The notes beneath the pieces were generated by a model that saw only the letters and a program-made list of their open reading frames with translations, ran no database searches and was not told the origin of the DNA. Positions 51,261 through 64,000 of a DNA stretch of 64,000 nt are shown one piece after another. The DNA lies in assembly GCA_951406725.2 (NCBI GenBank), contig OX597815.1, positions 147,560,001 to 147,624,000 on the forward strand. Reading direction: 5' to 3'. Within the stretch, counting starts at the first letter, position 1. Every line of letters starts with the position of its first letter. This DNA is from Octopus vulgaris. Its lineage: Eukaryota. The position numbers and the translations under genes were made by a program.

Positions 51261-53146
51261 GTTGTTGTTGTTGTTGTTGTTATTATTATTATTATTATTA
51301 TTATAAGATTAATTATGTTACTACTACTAATAATAATAATGATGAGGATAATAACAATATTACTGAAACCAACAATAACGTTTAAACAAAAAAAATATGA
51401 TGCGCCGGTGATTATTGAATATTGGGTTTTTGAGACTGTACAATTATAATATTGGTTATGCAATTTCGATTTGGAAGCGACACATGAATTACCATAAAAC
51501 GTTAATTCAAGAAACTCAAATAAATTGTAAAGTTTCTTGTATTTTTTTTTGTCGGGTGAAACAAAATATTTTTAAAAAAGTTTCTCAGAGAATAAAATAT
51601 TGATCCCGACAATATTTATTTTTATTTGTTTCTAAAGTCAGTCGAAACGTAACTGAAAATGTTTTTGATTTCAAAATATTGTATTTTTTACCAGAAATCG
51701 AAACTGTGATGACGTCACGGAGCCAGAAACTTAGATACAGTTCTCCAATAATTATGTTAATCTTCAGATACGTAACATCAATTTGAAAGCAGCAAATGAA
51801 GTAACAATTGCTCGTTATCTAACATATGAAGAGCAATATTTCTGTTGAAAATGTATGGTCTCCACTCATACAACTAATTAGTTATCATAATATAGACACA
51901 ACGCATTAGTGAAAATGCAAATATTTTTGCAGAATGATTGTGTGGTTTATTATAATATTGATTTCAACAATGCAAAAAATAAGATATACTCATTCTCTCA
52001 TCTGATTTCACATAGCCAACCTTTTCTGAAGAACATTTGCAGAGCCTTATACATGTAGCCTTGATAATAGATCTCCTGTGAAGCTAAATTTCTATAAGCC
52101 GTGTCGTCGTCTGCTTTTAAACACACATGAGGTTGAATGGTCCCCAAAACACATTATAGAGAAGATATTTCTCTCAAGAAGCGATTCATAGAGTAAAATT
52201 CAAGGGATATGGAATTATACGTAATTATATCATAGCTCTTAATTTTATTCAGGAAGATGTCAGTGGGAGAGAAAACGCTATGAAATATTAACTTAAAAAT
52301 GACCGCAAAACATTCAGTTTGAACTAACATTAAATTACGTTAAAGTCATTTTGAATGTAAGAAAAAGATGTACGTGGTATTATGATATATATTGTGTTTT
52401 AAATAAATAAATAAATAAATAATGTTTAGTTTACATATTTACATTATTCAGATAACGATATCATAATTTTGTTGAATTATTCTTAGAAATTTAATAAATG
52501 TACCTGTTCTACAATAATAAGTATTACTAATACTCCGCGTGTTAGTAATTTTAAACAGATGATATTCATCGGCATGTGCCGCTGCAGTCTAAAATCTTGC
52601 CAGTCTTGTAATGACCAGGCACATACATGGGCTGCTTTCTAAGATCATTCTGAAAGAATTAGGGAGAAAAAACATCAAAAGAAAATAATCTCCAAACTTC
52701 TTGTAAAAGCATATTAACGGCTGTAATGTAACCTTTCTTCTAAACATGTTTTCGATCGGTTATGTTGTCGTAATATTCGGCATATAATCTTACATTTCAG
52801 TGCCCTCGTTTTATTTCAGAATATTACTTTATTATATGGCTGAAATTAGAAATTACTACTTCAGAACAGTTCTCCTGGGCAATTATATTGAAGTTCATTT
52901 TAGTGTAAAATGAACGTATACCTACACGAGAATGAATAATCATATATTAAAGAGTTTAAAACACACACACAAAAAAAAAAACAACAGCCGTTGATAAATG
53001 ACTAAAGTTTAAATTCAAGATATTCAACGTATAAAAGGGGGTAAGGATAAGTATAAGTATAAAAAATGCTAAATCAATATGGAAATAAATATGAGACTAT
53101 TGGCTAAAATTTCTTTCTTTTTCTATTTATATTACTTTAATTTTAT

Positions 53147-53437
53147 AATCGACTTAATCCTTTTCATTGTCCTTGTTTGTCTCCTCTATGTTTAGCCCCT
53201 TGTGGGCAATAAAGAAATGAGAAACGTTAGCACGCCGGGCGAAATGCTTAGCGGTATTTCGTGTCTTTACGTTCTGAGTTCAAATCTCGAAGGTTGACTT
53301 TGCCTTTCATCCTTTCGGGGTCGACAAATTAAGTACCTGTTGCGTCTTGGGGTCAATTTAATCGACTTGGGGTCGTCTGGGGTCAATTTCCCTCCACGAA
53401 AAAGTTCGGGCTTTGTGCCTTGAGTAGAAAAGGATAT
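53147..53437 (+). mobile_element. SINE A type-1 tail immediately followed by a SINE A with type-2 tail
   Basis: 53147-53218 is the tail ...GCCCCTTGTGGGCAATAAAGAAAT; 53221-53437 is head, body and TTGTGCCTTGAGTAGAAAAGG. Confidence 0.85.
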
Positions 53438-54581
53438 TAGAATAATCGAGAATTCTGTCCCTTATACATACCGTAAAAAAACCCCGATAACTCTTAAATC
53501 CTGCATCCGGGCATGATTAGTCCTAATTATATTCAATTTACATCTCATGACAGCTATATTGATAATACACACCTCCATTTTCCTATAGCTGAATTTTTCA
53601 TAAATAATCAAAATTTCTTAAATAGGTTGCAGACACCAGAGGATGCAATATGACACCCAATTTCAGTTTTGAATTTGAACATGATATTTTATCGAACGGG
53701 TGGAAGGCAACTTTTCTAAAAGAAAAAAAAAAGCCACAGTTTTTGAATATATCGAAGTTAGACAGCATGGACATGAAATATAGGTCCACAATAAATAAGT
53801 ATTCGTACCATAGGGGACCATTAGTAATTTATATGCTGATATATGTTTTCAGGAAGCCGAGTTAAAATATCAAATGTGCATTTCATGGTGGACGTGCCTC
53901 AAGCCATGTGGCAGACATTTTTCATCCTTATTAGCTGCATGATATTTACAGTACATTCAGTCGATCTTGCAGAGTCTGTTTCTTTAGAGTAGTGAGATAT
54001 ATTCGCACATATCGCATATTTATTACCTTCCAGCCTTCGTTCTCTCATAGAATTATTCGGTGGTCGATCTATTTCTGACTAGCTATTGTTCTACACGAAG
54101 AAATAACTTAAACGTGCCCTTCTAAACATTTGTTGTTTATGTCCCTTGCACTATGTACTATATTCCTTTCGCTTCAGTGCACATTGCTGTTCAGCGTTGC
54201 GAGATCCTTTACTGCTCTCAATGGTTTTAACCTCCTGTGATTTGCTTTGCTCACTTCCACTGAAATAAGAGATATCTTTTAATTTTATTCTCGTTGGAAT
54301 TTGCAGTGAACTGAAGCTCACAGCACTGATAAACTTGCAGGCTGATAGACAGATTATCTGCTGATTTTCCACATTCGGATACTCTACTAACGTATATGAT
54401 ACTTAAGGCTAAATAACCTTTCATAACATCACTTTGTAAGCAGGGTATCAAAAAAGGCAACATGCATATATTATGAAACGACTCAATCCTTTTTCTCGGT
54501 AGTTTTCTTTCCAAATCACTTTGTATAAAGTAGTGTTTTACGTTTCTGAATAGTCATGAAAAAAAAGTTTTATTGCTGTAC

Positions 54582-54838
54582 TTCATCATTATCATCCTCA
54601 CCACCCCCACCACCAGTCTGATTTGGCACGGTTTTCTACAGCTGGATGCTCTTCCTAACACTAATCGCTCTGAGAGTGTAATGGGTGCTTTTACGTGCCA
54701 TTTGTGTGACACTGGGAAAACTTTTACGTGCCACCGGGATGGGTGCCGATTTCCGTGACACCAGTAACTGCCACGACTGTGACATTGCTCCGCTTGATGG
54801 GATTTCTCAAGCACGATTTAATGCTAAAGGTCTCCGTC
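54582..54838 (-). mobile_element. RTE-related non-autonomous repeat fragment
   Basis: Minus strand GTGTTAGGAAGAGCATCCAGCTGTAGAAAACC motif with a GAT-rich tail. Confidence 0.5.
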
Positions 54839-55176
54839 ATACACACAGACGCACACATACACACTTACATGGACACTCTTGCGCACACACACTTGCAAAC
54901 ACACACAGTATGTCCATATGTGATAGTATTATTACCTGATGAAAACTACAGTCAATTCAGCTTTTTGTGATGTAATTACATTGAGTATTTTATGCAGATT
55001 GCTATTAACTAATATGCAATGCAAACTCCAGGTTCCAATCCTTTTATCACCATATTTCTATTGAAATACACCGCCTTCCTTTCAATTACAAAAATAAAGA
55101 AGAGATTTTGCAATATAACTTAGTCTGGAACATAGCAGGGAATTTTGGTAGCATTTAAACCTAAACCACTTTAAGC

Positions 55177-55322
55177 AGTAAGTATCTTCCTTACGAACCA
55201 CATGGTTCCGGGTTCAGTCCCACTGCGTGACACCTTGGGCAAGTGTTTTCTATTGTAGCCTCGGGCCGATCAAAGCCTTGTGAGTGGATTTGGTAGAAGG
55301 AAACTGATAGAAGCCCATCGTA
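55177..55322 (+). mobile_element. SINE family B, 5' half
   Basis: AACCACATGGTTCCGGGTTCAGTCCCACTGCGTGACACCTTGGGCAAG. Confidence 0.85.
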
Positions 55323-55332
55323 TATATATATA

Positions 55333-55408
55333 TATCTGCGTTCTTAAATATTTTCAGTTTCATTTTCAAAATATTTTGTATGGATAATTCTGGTCTACTT
55401 TTCTAATT

Positions 55409-55484
<76 letters not shown>

Positions 55485-55561
55485 GTCCATCTGCGTTCTT
55501 AAATATTTTCAGTTTCATTTTCAAAATATTTTGTATGGATAATTTTGGTCTACTTTTATAA

Positions 55562-55635
<74 letters not shown>

Positions 55636-55640
55636 GTCCA
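55333..55640. repeat. Local tandem duplication (~155 bp including CA/TA microsatellite)
   Basis: ATCTGCGTTCTTAAATATTTTCAG... occurs at 55333 and 55489. Confidence 0.9.
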
Positions 55641-56445
55641 GCCCTTCACAGTATGAAGAATAAATATTAAATGATGATCATGTACGTACGCACGCATGCA
55701 CGCACACACTTACACACATGCATAAAAATAAAACAAATTTTACAAAATTGAAAAAGAGTATATTTTTATCATTACGACCAGGCCTTCAGATGTTGCTACA
55801 TATCGCTGGTCACAATGCACTTCGCATTGTTTTAGCCTTCAATGACACCACCCTGCTGGCTAAGCGAGCAGGTCAATTTTAATCATAAGTCTTAAAAATA
55901 AAAATAAAAATATATCAAACAATCATGCTATAAAAACACTATAAAGGTCAATGAGGAATAGTTTTGTTTACAGTTTCAAAAGTCTAAATTGCATCAAAAT
56001 TAGAAGTAAAAATCTTAACACCTAAAGTAACTCAACACTTAGATTAATAGCCCAAATTGATTAATAACCTTTATTTTAAAACATTGTAGGAATAAAACAC
56101 TGAACTGAATTTACGATGAAAGACTACATATAAAATAATTTAAACTACCTTGAGCAATCAAATTTATTGAAAATACTGTATTGATTTAAAAGATCTTAAA
56201 TTATATCCCCAAATCTAGAATTTATATGGATAAATAATAGAAAATGGAATGAATGATATACTTTATTTAAAATCACTATAATTGTTTTGACACATTTTCC
56301 TACAGTATGATAACATCAGGTAGCCAATAAAGGTGAATGAGCATTACACAGCATTCAACTTATATAAATAATATGCATGGAGAAAAGCTGACTTAAATAT
56401 TCTGCACCAGTTTGTGTTTGTCTGTGTGTGTGTACATGTGTATGC

Positions 56446-56511
<66 letters not shown>

Positions 56512-57759
56512 GTATACATATTCATATATTGATACACATTTATGCATTCAGACAAGGAATAATAACAACCAAGACAAAATACAGCAGCAAGTATGGTTTC
56601 AGCTTCCTTTCATTGTGGAGTGAAAATATGTAAGAATTCCAAGTGGATATGTATTTAATGAACAAAAAAAAACTAATATAATGATGTATGGTGAGCGGAA
56701 TAGAGAGAGAAACTTGACACTGTTACAGAGGGGGAAAGAAACTGAGGGTTGAGATAAAGAGTGGGTGAGAAAGAAAGAGCACGTGTGTGTTTGTGAGTGT
56801 GTGTGACTGTGTGGACAGAGGAGTGAAACAAAAGCTCTTAATGTTTCTTCAGGAAGCTCCTCAGGCAATTAGGAAGTCTCAATAAAAGAAAAAAAAAACC
56901 CTAATAACAAAGCAAAACAAAAAATCACTATGGATCTTCATTAGATTGATGAAAAGATGTAGAAAAAAGAAACAGAAAAAGGAAAACTAAAAAGAAATAA
57001 AAGATAGAACGTTGCTGGTTTTTATTTAACACTACCTTAAAGGTAGAAGTACTTAAACGTTGGCCAATAACATTGAACTTAGGACTGTAGCAGAACAACT
57101 AATAAGTCTACTTCACCAACACCAGATCTTCTACCATTTTTTATTATTTGTTTCAGTCTTCACAATTTGGCCAGGCTGGGGCAACACCTTGGATAATTTT
57201 TAGTCGTTGGCTGAAAATAAAGCTCTGGAAATAATGCCAAGCAAGACCACCTTGCCTTTTTCGGTTACATGATATCAGGGACTATATTTATTGCATATTT
57301 TTTGATTTTAAGATATATTTAATTTCGATTTGTAAATTTATTATTTCTCGGAATTTGACTCACCGCATCGATGCTCCTTCGCCTCACTTCTTTTTTGTAG
57401 GTTTACCTACAACTGTTAAACAACGACCATTTACTAAAAATACACATGTTATGTTTAAATATATGTGCACATATAGATAATATATGAACATGTAGATGTT
57501 CATATAAAAGTTGATAGCGTTAATTACAAGTAAAACGCATGATCCGAGGTATCATCGTAATACTTGCTAGAGATCTTGGTTTAAAATTTTGATACCAGCC
57601 CTGCAAGTTTGGGAAGAGGTGAAGTCGATTACATAGACCTCAGTGATCAAATGGCACTTAATTTATCGGCCACGCGAGGTTCCATGATAAAGTCGAAATC
57701 AGGTGAGTGTTTGAACTCAGAATTTAAAGACTAATTATTTTCCCCGGTGTGCCAACGAT

Positions 57760-57973
57760 TCTTTCAACTCTAGGCACAAAGCCTGAAATTTTGTGGAGGA
57801 GAATGGTCGAATATATCGACCCCAATACTCAACTGGTACTTAATTTATCGACTCCTGAAAGGATGAAAGGCAAAGTCTTCCTCAGTGGAATTTGGACTCA
57901 GAACGTAAAGACGGACAAAATGCCGCTAAGCGTTTCGTCCGGCGTGCTAACAATTGTGCCAGCTCGCCGCCTT
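57760..57973 (-). mobile_element. SINE family A (type-2 tail)
   Basis: Full head, body and tail; an older degenerate copy lies at 57575-57760. Confidence 0.88.
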
Positions 57974-58037
57974 ACCTGCTAGAAATATTAGACAAATTTC
58001 TATGCAAGTTTTTCCCGCTACTTATAAGATAGAATAA

Positions 58038-58261
58038 TTATTTCTTTATTGCCCACGGGGGGGGGGGGCATAAAGGGGTCAAGCAAGGACAGACAAAGGA
58101 ATTAAGTCGATTTCATCGATACCAGTGCATGACTGGTACTTATTTAATCGACCCCGGAAAGATGAAAGTCAAAGCTGACCTTTGAAGTCAGAACTCCAAA
58201 GCAGACGAAACACCGCTTAGCTTTTCGACTGGCGTGCTAACGATTGTCAGCTCGCCGCCTT
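58038..58261 (-). mobile_element. SINE family A (type-1 tail)
   Basis: Tail ...GTGGGCAATAAAGAAATAA and head AAGGCGGCGAGCTG. Confidence 0.85.
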
Positions 58262-59877
58262 ACCTGCTAGAAATATTAGACAAACACAGAATAAAAGTCA
58301 AACAATAAACACGAAAGGGAGGGGATAGATAACGTTCGAATGCTATTGATAGAAAGGTCGATCATTTAACAATATAAATCAGACTGAGATAAATGCTGGA
58401 TGCTTCTATGATGCATATATCTAGTATGATTCGAGATATGATGAATTATAGACGTACAATAATCATGTAAGTAATTTAATATAACATTAATTAATACTGA
58501 CCAAAGAAACTAAAGACAACATACACGTAAATCAACTTGTCTCATTTTTACTCTGAGTCTAATTAGTTATTAATTATTTATTTTGTCAATGCTAAAATGT
58601 CATGCACTTAGTATCGACTACTTCATTTCTGAGTTTGGGTTTACTATAAATACCAGTAATCGATCAGTCATTGTATAGTACGAACAATCACCCTTCACGG
58701 TGTTAAATGCCCAATATATATCTCCATCATTATATAAATTATCAGCAACATTAGTGGGGTGATTGAACCCGGGGCACAGTGTAGAAGGAGAGATGGAAAC
58801 AGCGTAGCAGTTCGTGGCTACGTCTTCCATATATAAGAAACAGATATACATACACACACGTACACACAGCCATTACCAACGGAAAGCGAGGAGAGAAACA
58901 AAACAACAACCAGAGTCTTGTTAACAAGCTCCAACATGGAGATCACTTTGCTTAAGATACATTTTCGTGTCACAATTGTTAGTGTCGTAAAAGAAGTCAT
59001 TTATATAGTTGTGAGGAGACATATTACCAATGTACACACTTGCCCACCTGTCTCTATGATCTGTCTGGTTAATATTGCTTAGAATGTGTTCTATCACCTC
59101 TGTATGTATGACCTTAGAATATAGGTTGCAAAATCAAAGGTTAAACCAAACTGTATTCAGTTGAATAACTAACTTGTGAAGGATTTACAGCCACCCAAAG
59201 AAGCAGTAAAATTTATGGTATAATTTATTCTTCACCTTACATGTACATGTAGATAGAATTCGATCGATTAAACATCTCGATATTGGTGAAGTAGATTTTT
59301 AGAAGTGATAAATTTTGCCTCATTGAATAAAAGACAATGTTTATATTAAAAATGTCCCTTCACTATCAAAAAAAAAAGAATGCACCAAAAGGTTATGTGT
59401 CGGAATTTTTATAGTTTAATAATATTGAAAATTTAAATATTCGTTAATTTAAATAATCATAAAAGATAAAAGATTTTGGCATAAATTCCAGATGTTACAG
59501 AGCAACAATTACGTTTTACGTTAATTAATATTTTATTAATATAAAGTGAAATGTTATGAATTATACGACGATAACTAGAATGTTTAAGTGATTTTAGATA
59601 GGAAGCTTATATCTACAATTTCTACACTATTCTAATGAAATTAAGTAAACACAAGACTCCGCAGAACGAACATATCTCAACATGTATAAAGGTATAAGGT
59701 CGTTTCTTAATATCATGGATAACTAAATGAAATGTATTAAGGAATGCTTAATACCAATTTGTACACTCGAGAAAGAATACTGACTTTTACTCACCCACCA
59801 CCACACACTCGTACACATATACACATACTCATATACTCACACACAAAAACATACTCATGCGCATAATATATATATAT

Positions 59878-59933
<56 letters not shown>

Positions 59934-60009
59934 GCACATATATATATATATAAACATATATGCATATATGTATACGCACACGCACATATATACACATGCA
60001 TATATGGGT

Positions 60010-60590
60010 ACAGGACGTCACCAAACAGTAAACAGCATGAAATACGACAGCAACTGATTTTAATACGCAATCAACGAGAGAAACAAATGGAAAACAGGAC
60101 AAGTAGCGTAAAGAACGACCCTTCATTAGTTGTCGGCTGTCTATCTACTCCTTCATTTGAGCATTGAGCTACTATATGAGACTTCCATGACATTTGCTCC
60201 CATACTTGCCAAAATAAAATTTGGGACTTATGGAGGGTCAAACTGTAGAACAAAATCAGGGCAGTGGAAAGATATAAGGAAGCAGAAAGAAAAGAAATAT
60301 GGACCAGATCGAGTGTAAAAGTAACGAATGCTGGAGAAATATTCTCTTTGAGAAGAGAAACGATATACGAGAGAGATAGGATACGTGTTGTTCTTACGAC
60401 AGTCGTTAAAGAAAAACAAAGCTGATCATGCGAGGAAGAGAAAGCTGGATTATGGTCCGGTGTGAGTAACGAGAGAGAGAGAGAAAGAGAAAGAGGGGAG
60501 AGAGAGAGACGGATAGAAAATGGTGAAGGGAGGAGAAAAGGGAATTAGATAAAGGATGAGAGAAAGCAGTATTGGCTAGAGTCGCATGCA
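60010..60590 (-). mobile_element. Orphan PLE pLTR-like fragment between TA tracts
   Basis: GACAA-CTAATGA...TTGTC degenerate HHR-like arrangement in a TA-flanked position. Confidence 0.4.
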
Positions 60591-60632
60591 TAAATATATG
60601 CATATATATATATATATATATATATGTTTGTT

Positions 60633-60673
<41 letters not shown>

Positions 60674-60676
<3 letters not shown>

Positions 60677-61100
60677 TTATATATATAAAACTGAGAATGT
60701 GTGTCTGTCTCTCTGTGTGTTTCCCTAAAACTTGAGAACTACACAACCAATTTCATTCAAATTTTACACATGCCTTACTTAGGGTCATGGGAGTGTCATC
60801 TGCAAATAAATTTTGAACTTTTTGCCTAGGGCGAGCCCACAGCAATATCATATCTTCTCCACTACGATTCCCTAAAACTTGAGAACTACACAACTAATTC
60901 CATTCAAATTTTACACATGCCTTACCTAGGATCCATGTAGTTTCATGGGCAAAAAATGTTCAACTTCTTGCCTAGAGCGAGCCCATAGCAATATCATATC
61001 TTCTCCACTATTTCAGTATTACGTGTTAAAAGTGAAACAACAACGTTTCTCTAGTTTATGTCAGATTCTTTCACTTTAACAATAAAAATGATAATAACAA
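60674..61100 (+). mobile_element. Helitron/DINE-like non-autonomous element 5' part with internal 147-bp tandem duplication
   Basis: Start TCTTTATATATATAAAA..GTCTGTCT..AACTACACAACCAATTTCATTCAAATTT; repeat units begin at 60721 and 60868. No CTRR 3' end identified. Confidence 0.5.
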
Positions 61101-62093
61101 TTGAATTATATATAGTAAGTAATATTTAAAATCAAACTAAAGTAACATAACAAAAGTAAAAAGAGCAATTGGTATAAAATTGCATCAATGATTTGAACTT
61201 GAATAAGTGGTTTCACATGTATGGGAATAAATTAAAAATACAATTAGCGTGCAGAAATGGAATAGCCCAGATGGATAATAAAAAATTAAATTAAAGATAA
61301 AGACTATTGTCTATAAAGTATACAATGTAGAGAAAAAAGATTTGAACACATGGAGGAAAGCACCTTCGAAAAGTGACTTGGTGCGACTATGAAAGTTATC
61401 TAATCAGAGGCGGTAAATTCGCCACAATAGAAGCAAGGTTCGAGTCAACGGAGCGTGCAATGGAGTACTCGACTCGAACTTACAAAATGGAAATATTTTA
61501 ATTCCACCTTTATATCTGGGACGTAGGACGTCCCGGAAAAAAAATCAAAAATGCCCCCTCCCCAGAAGTACTGGTAGGCTGGATTGTAGCCACACTTCTA
61601 TACAAGAAGGAGGACAAGATACAATTGATTGAAATTACAAGAGACGGGCTAACAGTTCCAGTCTGTTATATATTTTGAGTATTGTTATCACTAGCGATAT
61701 CAAGATATAACTTGGCACTTTGTATTTTACATGTAGATGTATATAAATAGATGTACACGTAATATGTACACATATATATACACATATATACATGCACTAG
61801 CAGTATGACCTTAGTACTATACATATATATATATAGTCTTGCAGGGAGTCCATTACATATCCTCTTCCCCAAGTGGAATTGGTATGGGGGAGCTGGTTAA
61901 GTCGATCCGACCATGCGACAGCTAGTACTAGGTTACAATGTGCCTGCAGCGTGAACGACCTGACTGAAGAACTCTTAAGAGTCAACGACCATTCAATCAT
62001 TATATGTACATATGCATATAGTTGGCTGGATTGTGAATGTATGTGTCTATTGTGTGTATTGTGTAGTGAACTGTGGGTAATATTGGGCGCTTG

Positions 62094-62130
<37 letters not shown>

Positions 62131-62162
62131 TTTATTTAAAGCAGCAGAAAATTCAACAAAAT

Positions 62163-62200
62163 CTGTTACTGTGAGTTTCTCGTTGCCGTTCATCAGACAG
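62163..62200 (-). ncRNA. Type I hammerhead ribozyme motif with canonical core
   Basis: Minus strand reads CTGT-CTGATGA-ACG-GCAA-CGA-GAAACT-CAC-AGTA/ACAG. Stem I is extendable (AACAAAA/TTTTGTT). Confidence 0.75.
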
Positions 62201-62515
62201 TTTTTGTTAGAATGGAACCGATATATCAATTCAATCCAGACTCTTACAAACGCTACACCTTTAAAAAAATGGACTTGTTTGATTGGCCCTTTAGAAATAA
62301 CGGTCAATCTTCGAGCGATAAACAAAAAATGAGCTCAAAAATATATATGTATATATAAAAAAGTATAAAAATTATAAAATTCGAGGAAAAACCTTACATT
62401 GAATAAAATACATATTGACGTTAATGAAGGAAATATAATTAATACATAGAAATTAAAATGCATTATAAATATTACACTGCAATACATATTCATATTAAAG
62501 TGTACATATATATAT

Positions 62516-62745
62516 TTCTTTACTACCCACAAGGGGCTAAACACAGAGGGGACAAACAAGGACAGACAAAGGGATTAAGTCGACTACATCGACCCCAGTG
62601 CGTAACTGGTACTTAATTTATCGACCCCGAAAGGATGAAAGGCAAAGTCGACCTCGGCGGAATTTGAACTCGGAACGTAACGACAGACGAAATACGGCTA
62701 CGAATTTCGCCCGGCGTGCTAACGTTTCTACCAGCTCGCCGCCTT
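62516..62745 (-). mobile_element. Young SINE family A (type-1 tail) with 18-bp TSD
   Basis: TSD AAGTGTACATATATATAT at 62498-62515 and 62746-62763. Confidence 0.93.
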
Positions 62746-63380
62746 AAGTGTACATATATATATCAACATACACAGAAGGATGCGTGCAAACGTCATACAT
62801 ATACAGACGTATAAATATAAATCTAAAATATACACACAAATGCATGCATACATATATATACGCAATCTATCTCGCACGCAAGTTAAAATCATCGATGTTA
62901 ATGTAGCGTTCCTTATTTACGGAGCAAAGCTTAAGACAAGTAAGTGAGGGGGACGTAAAGTTGTATGCATCAGTATCAGTTAGAGAAAAAAAAACGAAAG
63001 AAAGGAAGAGAGAGAAAAAGGAACGAAAAGGGGGAAGGAAAAAGAAAAAAAGAGGGGTGGGGAAAAAAACGAAGTAAGAAAAATTATGTATACAAGCTGT
63101 GTAACCACGTTATTGACATATATATAGAGACAAGTATACAAAAAACATGTTCAAATGGATACGTACACATACAATCGTGTATGTGTGTGCTTAAGCACAA
63201 ACATACGCACTGTTACACATACACAGAGACGCATGCTTACAAATACATATCCATGGCTATACACATATTTATATTTATATTTATATTATATTTATATTTA
63301 TATTTATATTTATATATATATATATACATTTTCAATTCTTGAATGTGTGTGTATATATTGCGCGGTTATATATATATATA

Positions 63381-63504
63381 CCAAATTTAGAGGAATCACA
63401 ACTAAAGTGGATACACTATATGCTAAATATAGTCGTCAAATCGCCATTACCTATATGTTTAGCATATAGGGTGTCCACTTTAGTGGTCATTCCTCTAAAT
63501 TTTG
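63381..63504. repeat. 124-bp fold-back element next to (TA)n
   Basis: ~50-bp imperfect inverted arms (AAATTTAGAGGAAT..ACTAAAGTGGA..). The same terminus occurs at 14898-14930. Confidence 0.8.
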
Positions 63505-63935
63505 TGTGTATTACAATTTTTAATCTTCAGATTTTTTAAAATATGCTATGCCACTGGTTTTAATTGATTAACATCAATTTCTAACCTTATTATTTAATTG
63601 GTGACATATGCAAGCTTAACGGGCTGGGAGCGCATAGTCACAAATCTGCACGCGGGCGGCTCAGAGCCCATCTAACGTCGCTGCTTTGTTGAAAGAACAA
63701 AAGCATCTTTTGGCAAGGTCGAGAGCGTCTGAACAGCCCTCCTTAAGGTAGCCCTACTCACCCAGAAATCTGAGAAAGGTCTAGAAAAGGTGACGCAAAA
63801 AAATGCTTGTTCTACCATCAAGCTGGGTAGCAACCTGCAGCTGAGAGCTGTTCTCGTCAGGAGGAAGAATACAAAGAGAAAACATGTAAGCAAGAAATAT
63901 AAATTATGGTTGAGTGTATGGACATTGTCCTGGAC

Positions 63936-64000
63936 ATGAAGTTGGAATAAAAATCAAACGTGAAACTTTGCGTTAAACTTGGGAAGTCTGCTACAGAGAC
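63936..64000 (+). pseudogene. Mariner transposase N-terminus (decayed; runs off the window)
   Basis: MKLE*KSNVKLCVKLGKSATET resembles EQRxNxKFCVKLGKSATET. Confidence 0.7.

Noticed and set aside
51710-51717. CRE site TGACGTCA as a promoter element
   Set aside because: A single 8-mer with no linked gene or TSS evidence is expected by chance.

Overview
AT-rich, microsatellite-dense eukaryotic DNA that looks intronic or intergenic. The SINE repertoire resembles coleoid cephalopod (Octopus-like) repeats; this is recalled from memory, not searched. No host protein-coding gene can be supported, and most ORFs in the track are microsatellite artefacts. The window is a mosaic of mobile elements: R4/Dong-like and other RLE LINE remnants, a Tx1/L1-clade LINE 3' end, a CR1-like fragment, three Penelope-like elements (PLEs; one with an open RT + GIY-YIG frame), three tRNA-derived SINE families, mariner remnants, MITEs and fold-backs. 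The strongest signal is an RNA-level system. A ~352-bp tandem repeat at 16088-16782 carries a type I hammerhead ribozyme (HHR) motif in each unit, i.e. a non-LTR retrozyme / circRNA-type element. It lies 1.2 kb from a young PLE whose own HHR has a compensatory U3-A8 core. Several further HHR motifs with variant cores are tied to PLE termini, including one behind a tRNA-like head and one at the fold-back point of a 210-bp palindrome. A SINE family also shares its 3' tail with the Tx1-like LINE, and different retroelements appear to partition different microsatellite targets (TAA, TCTA, TATG, TA). All ribozyme calls are motif and pairing inspections by eye, not activity data.
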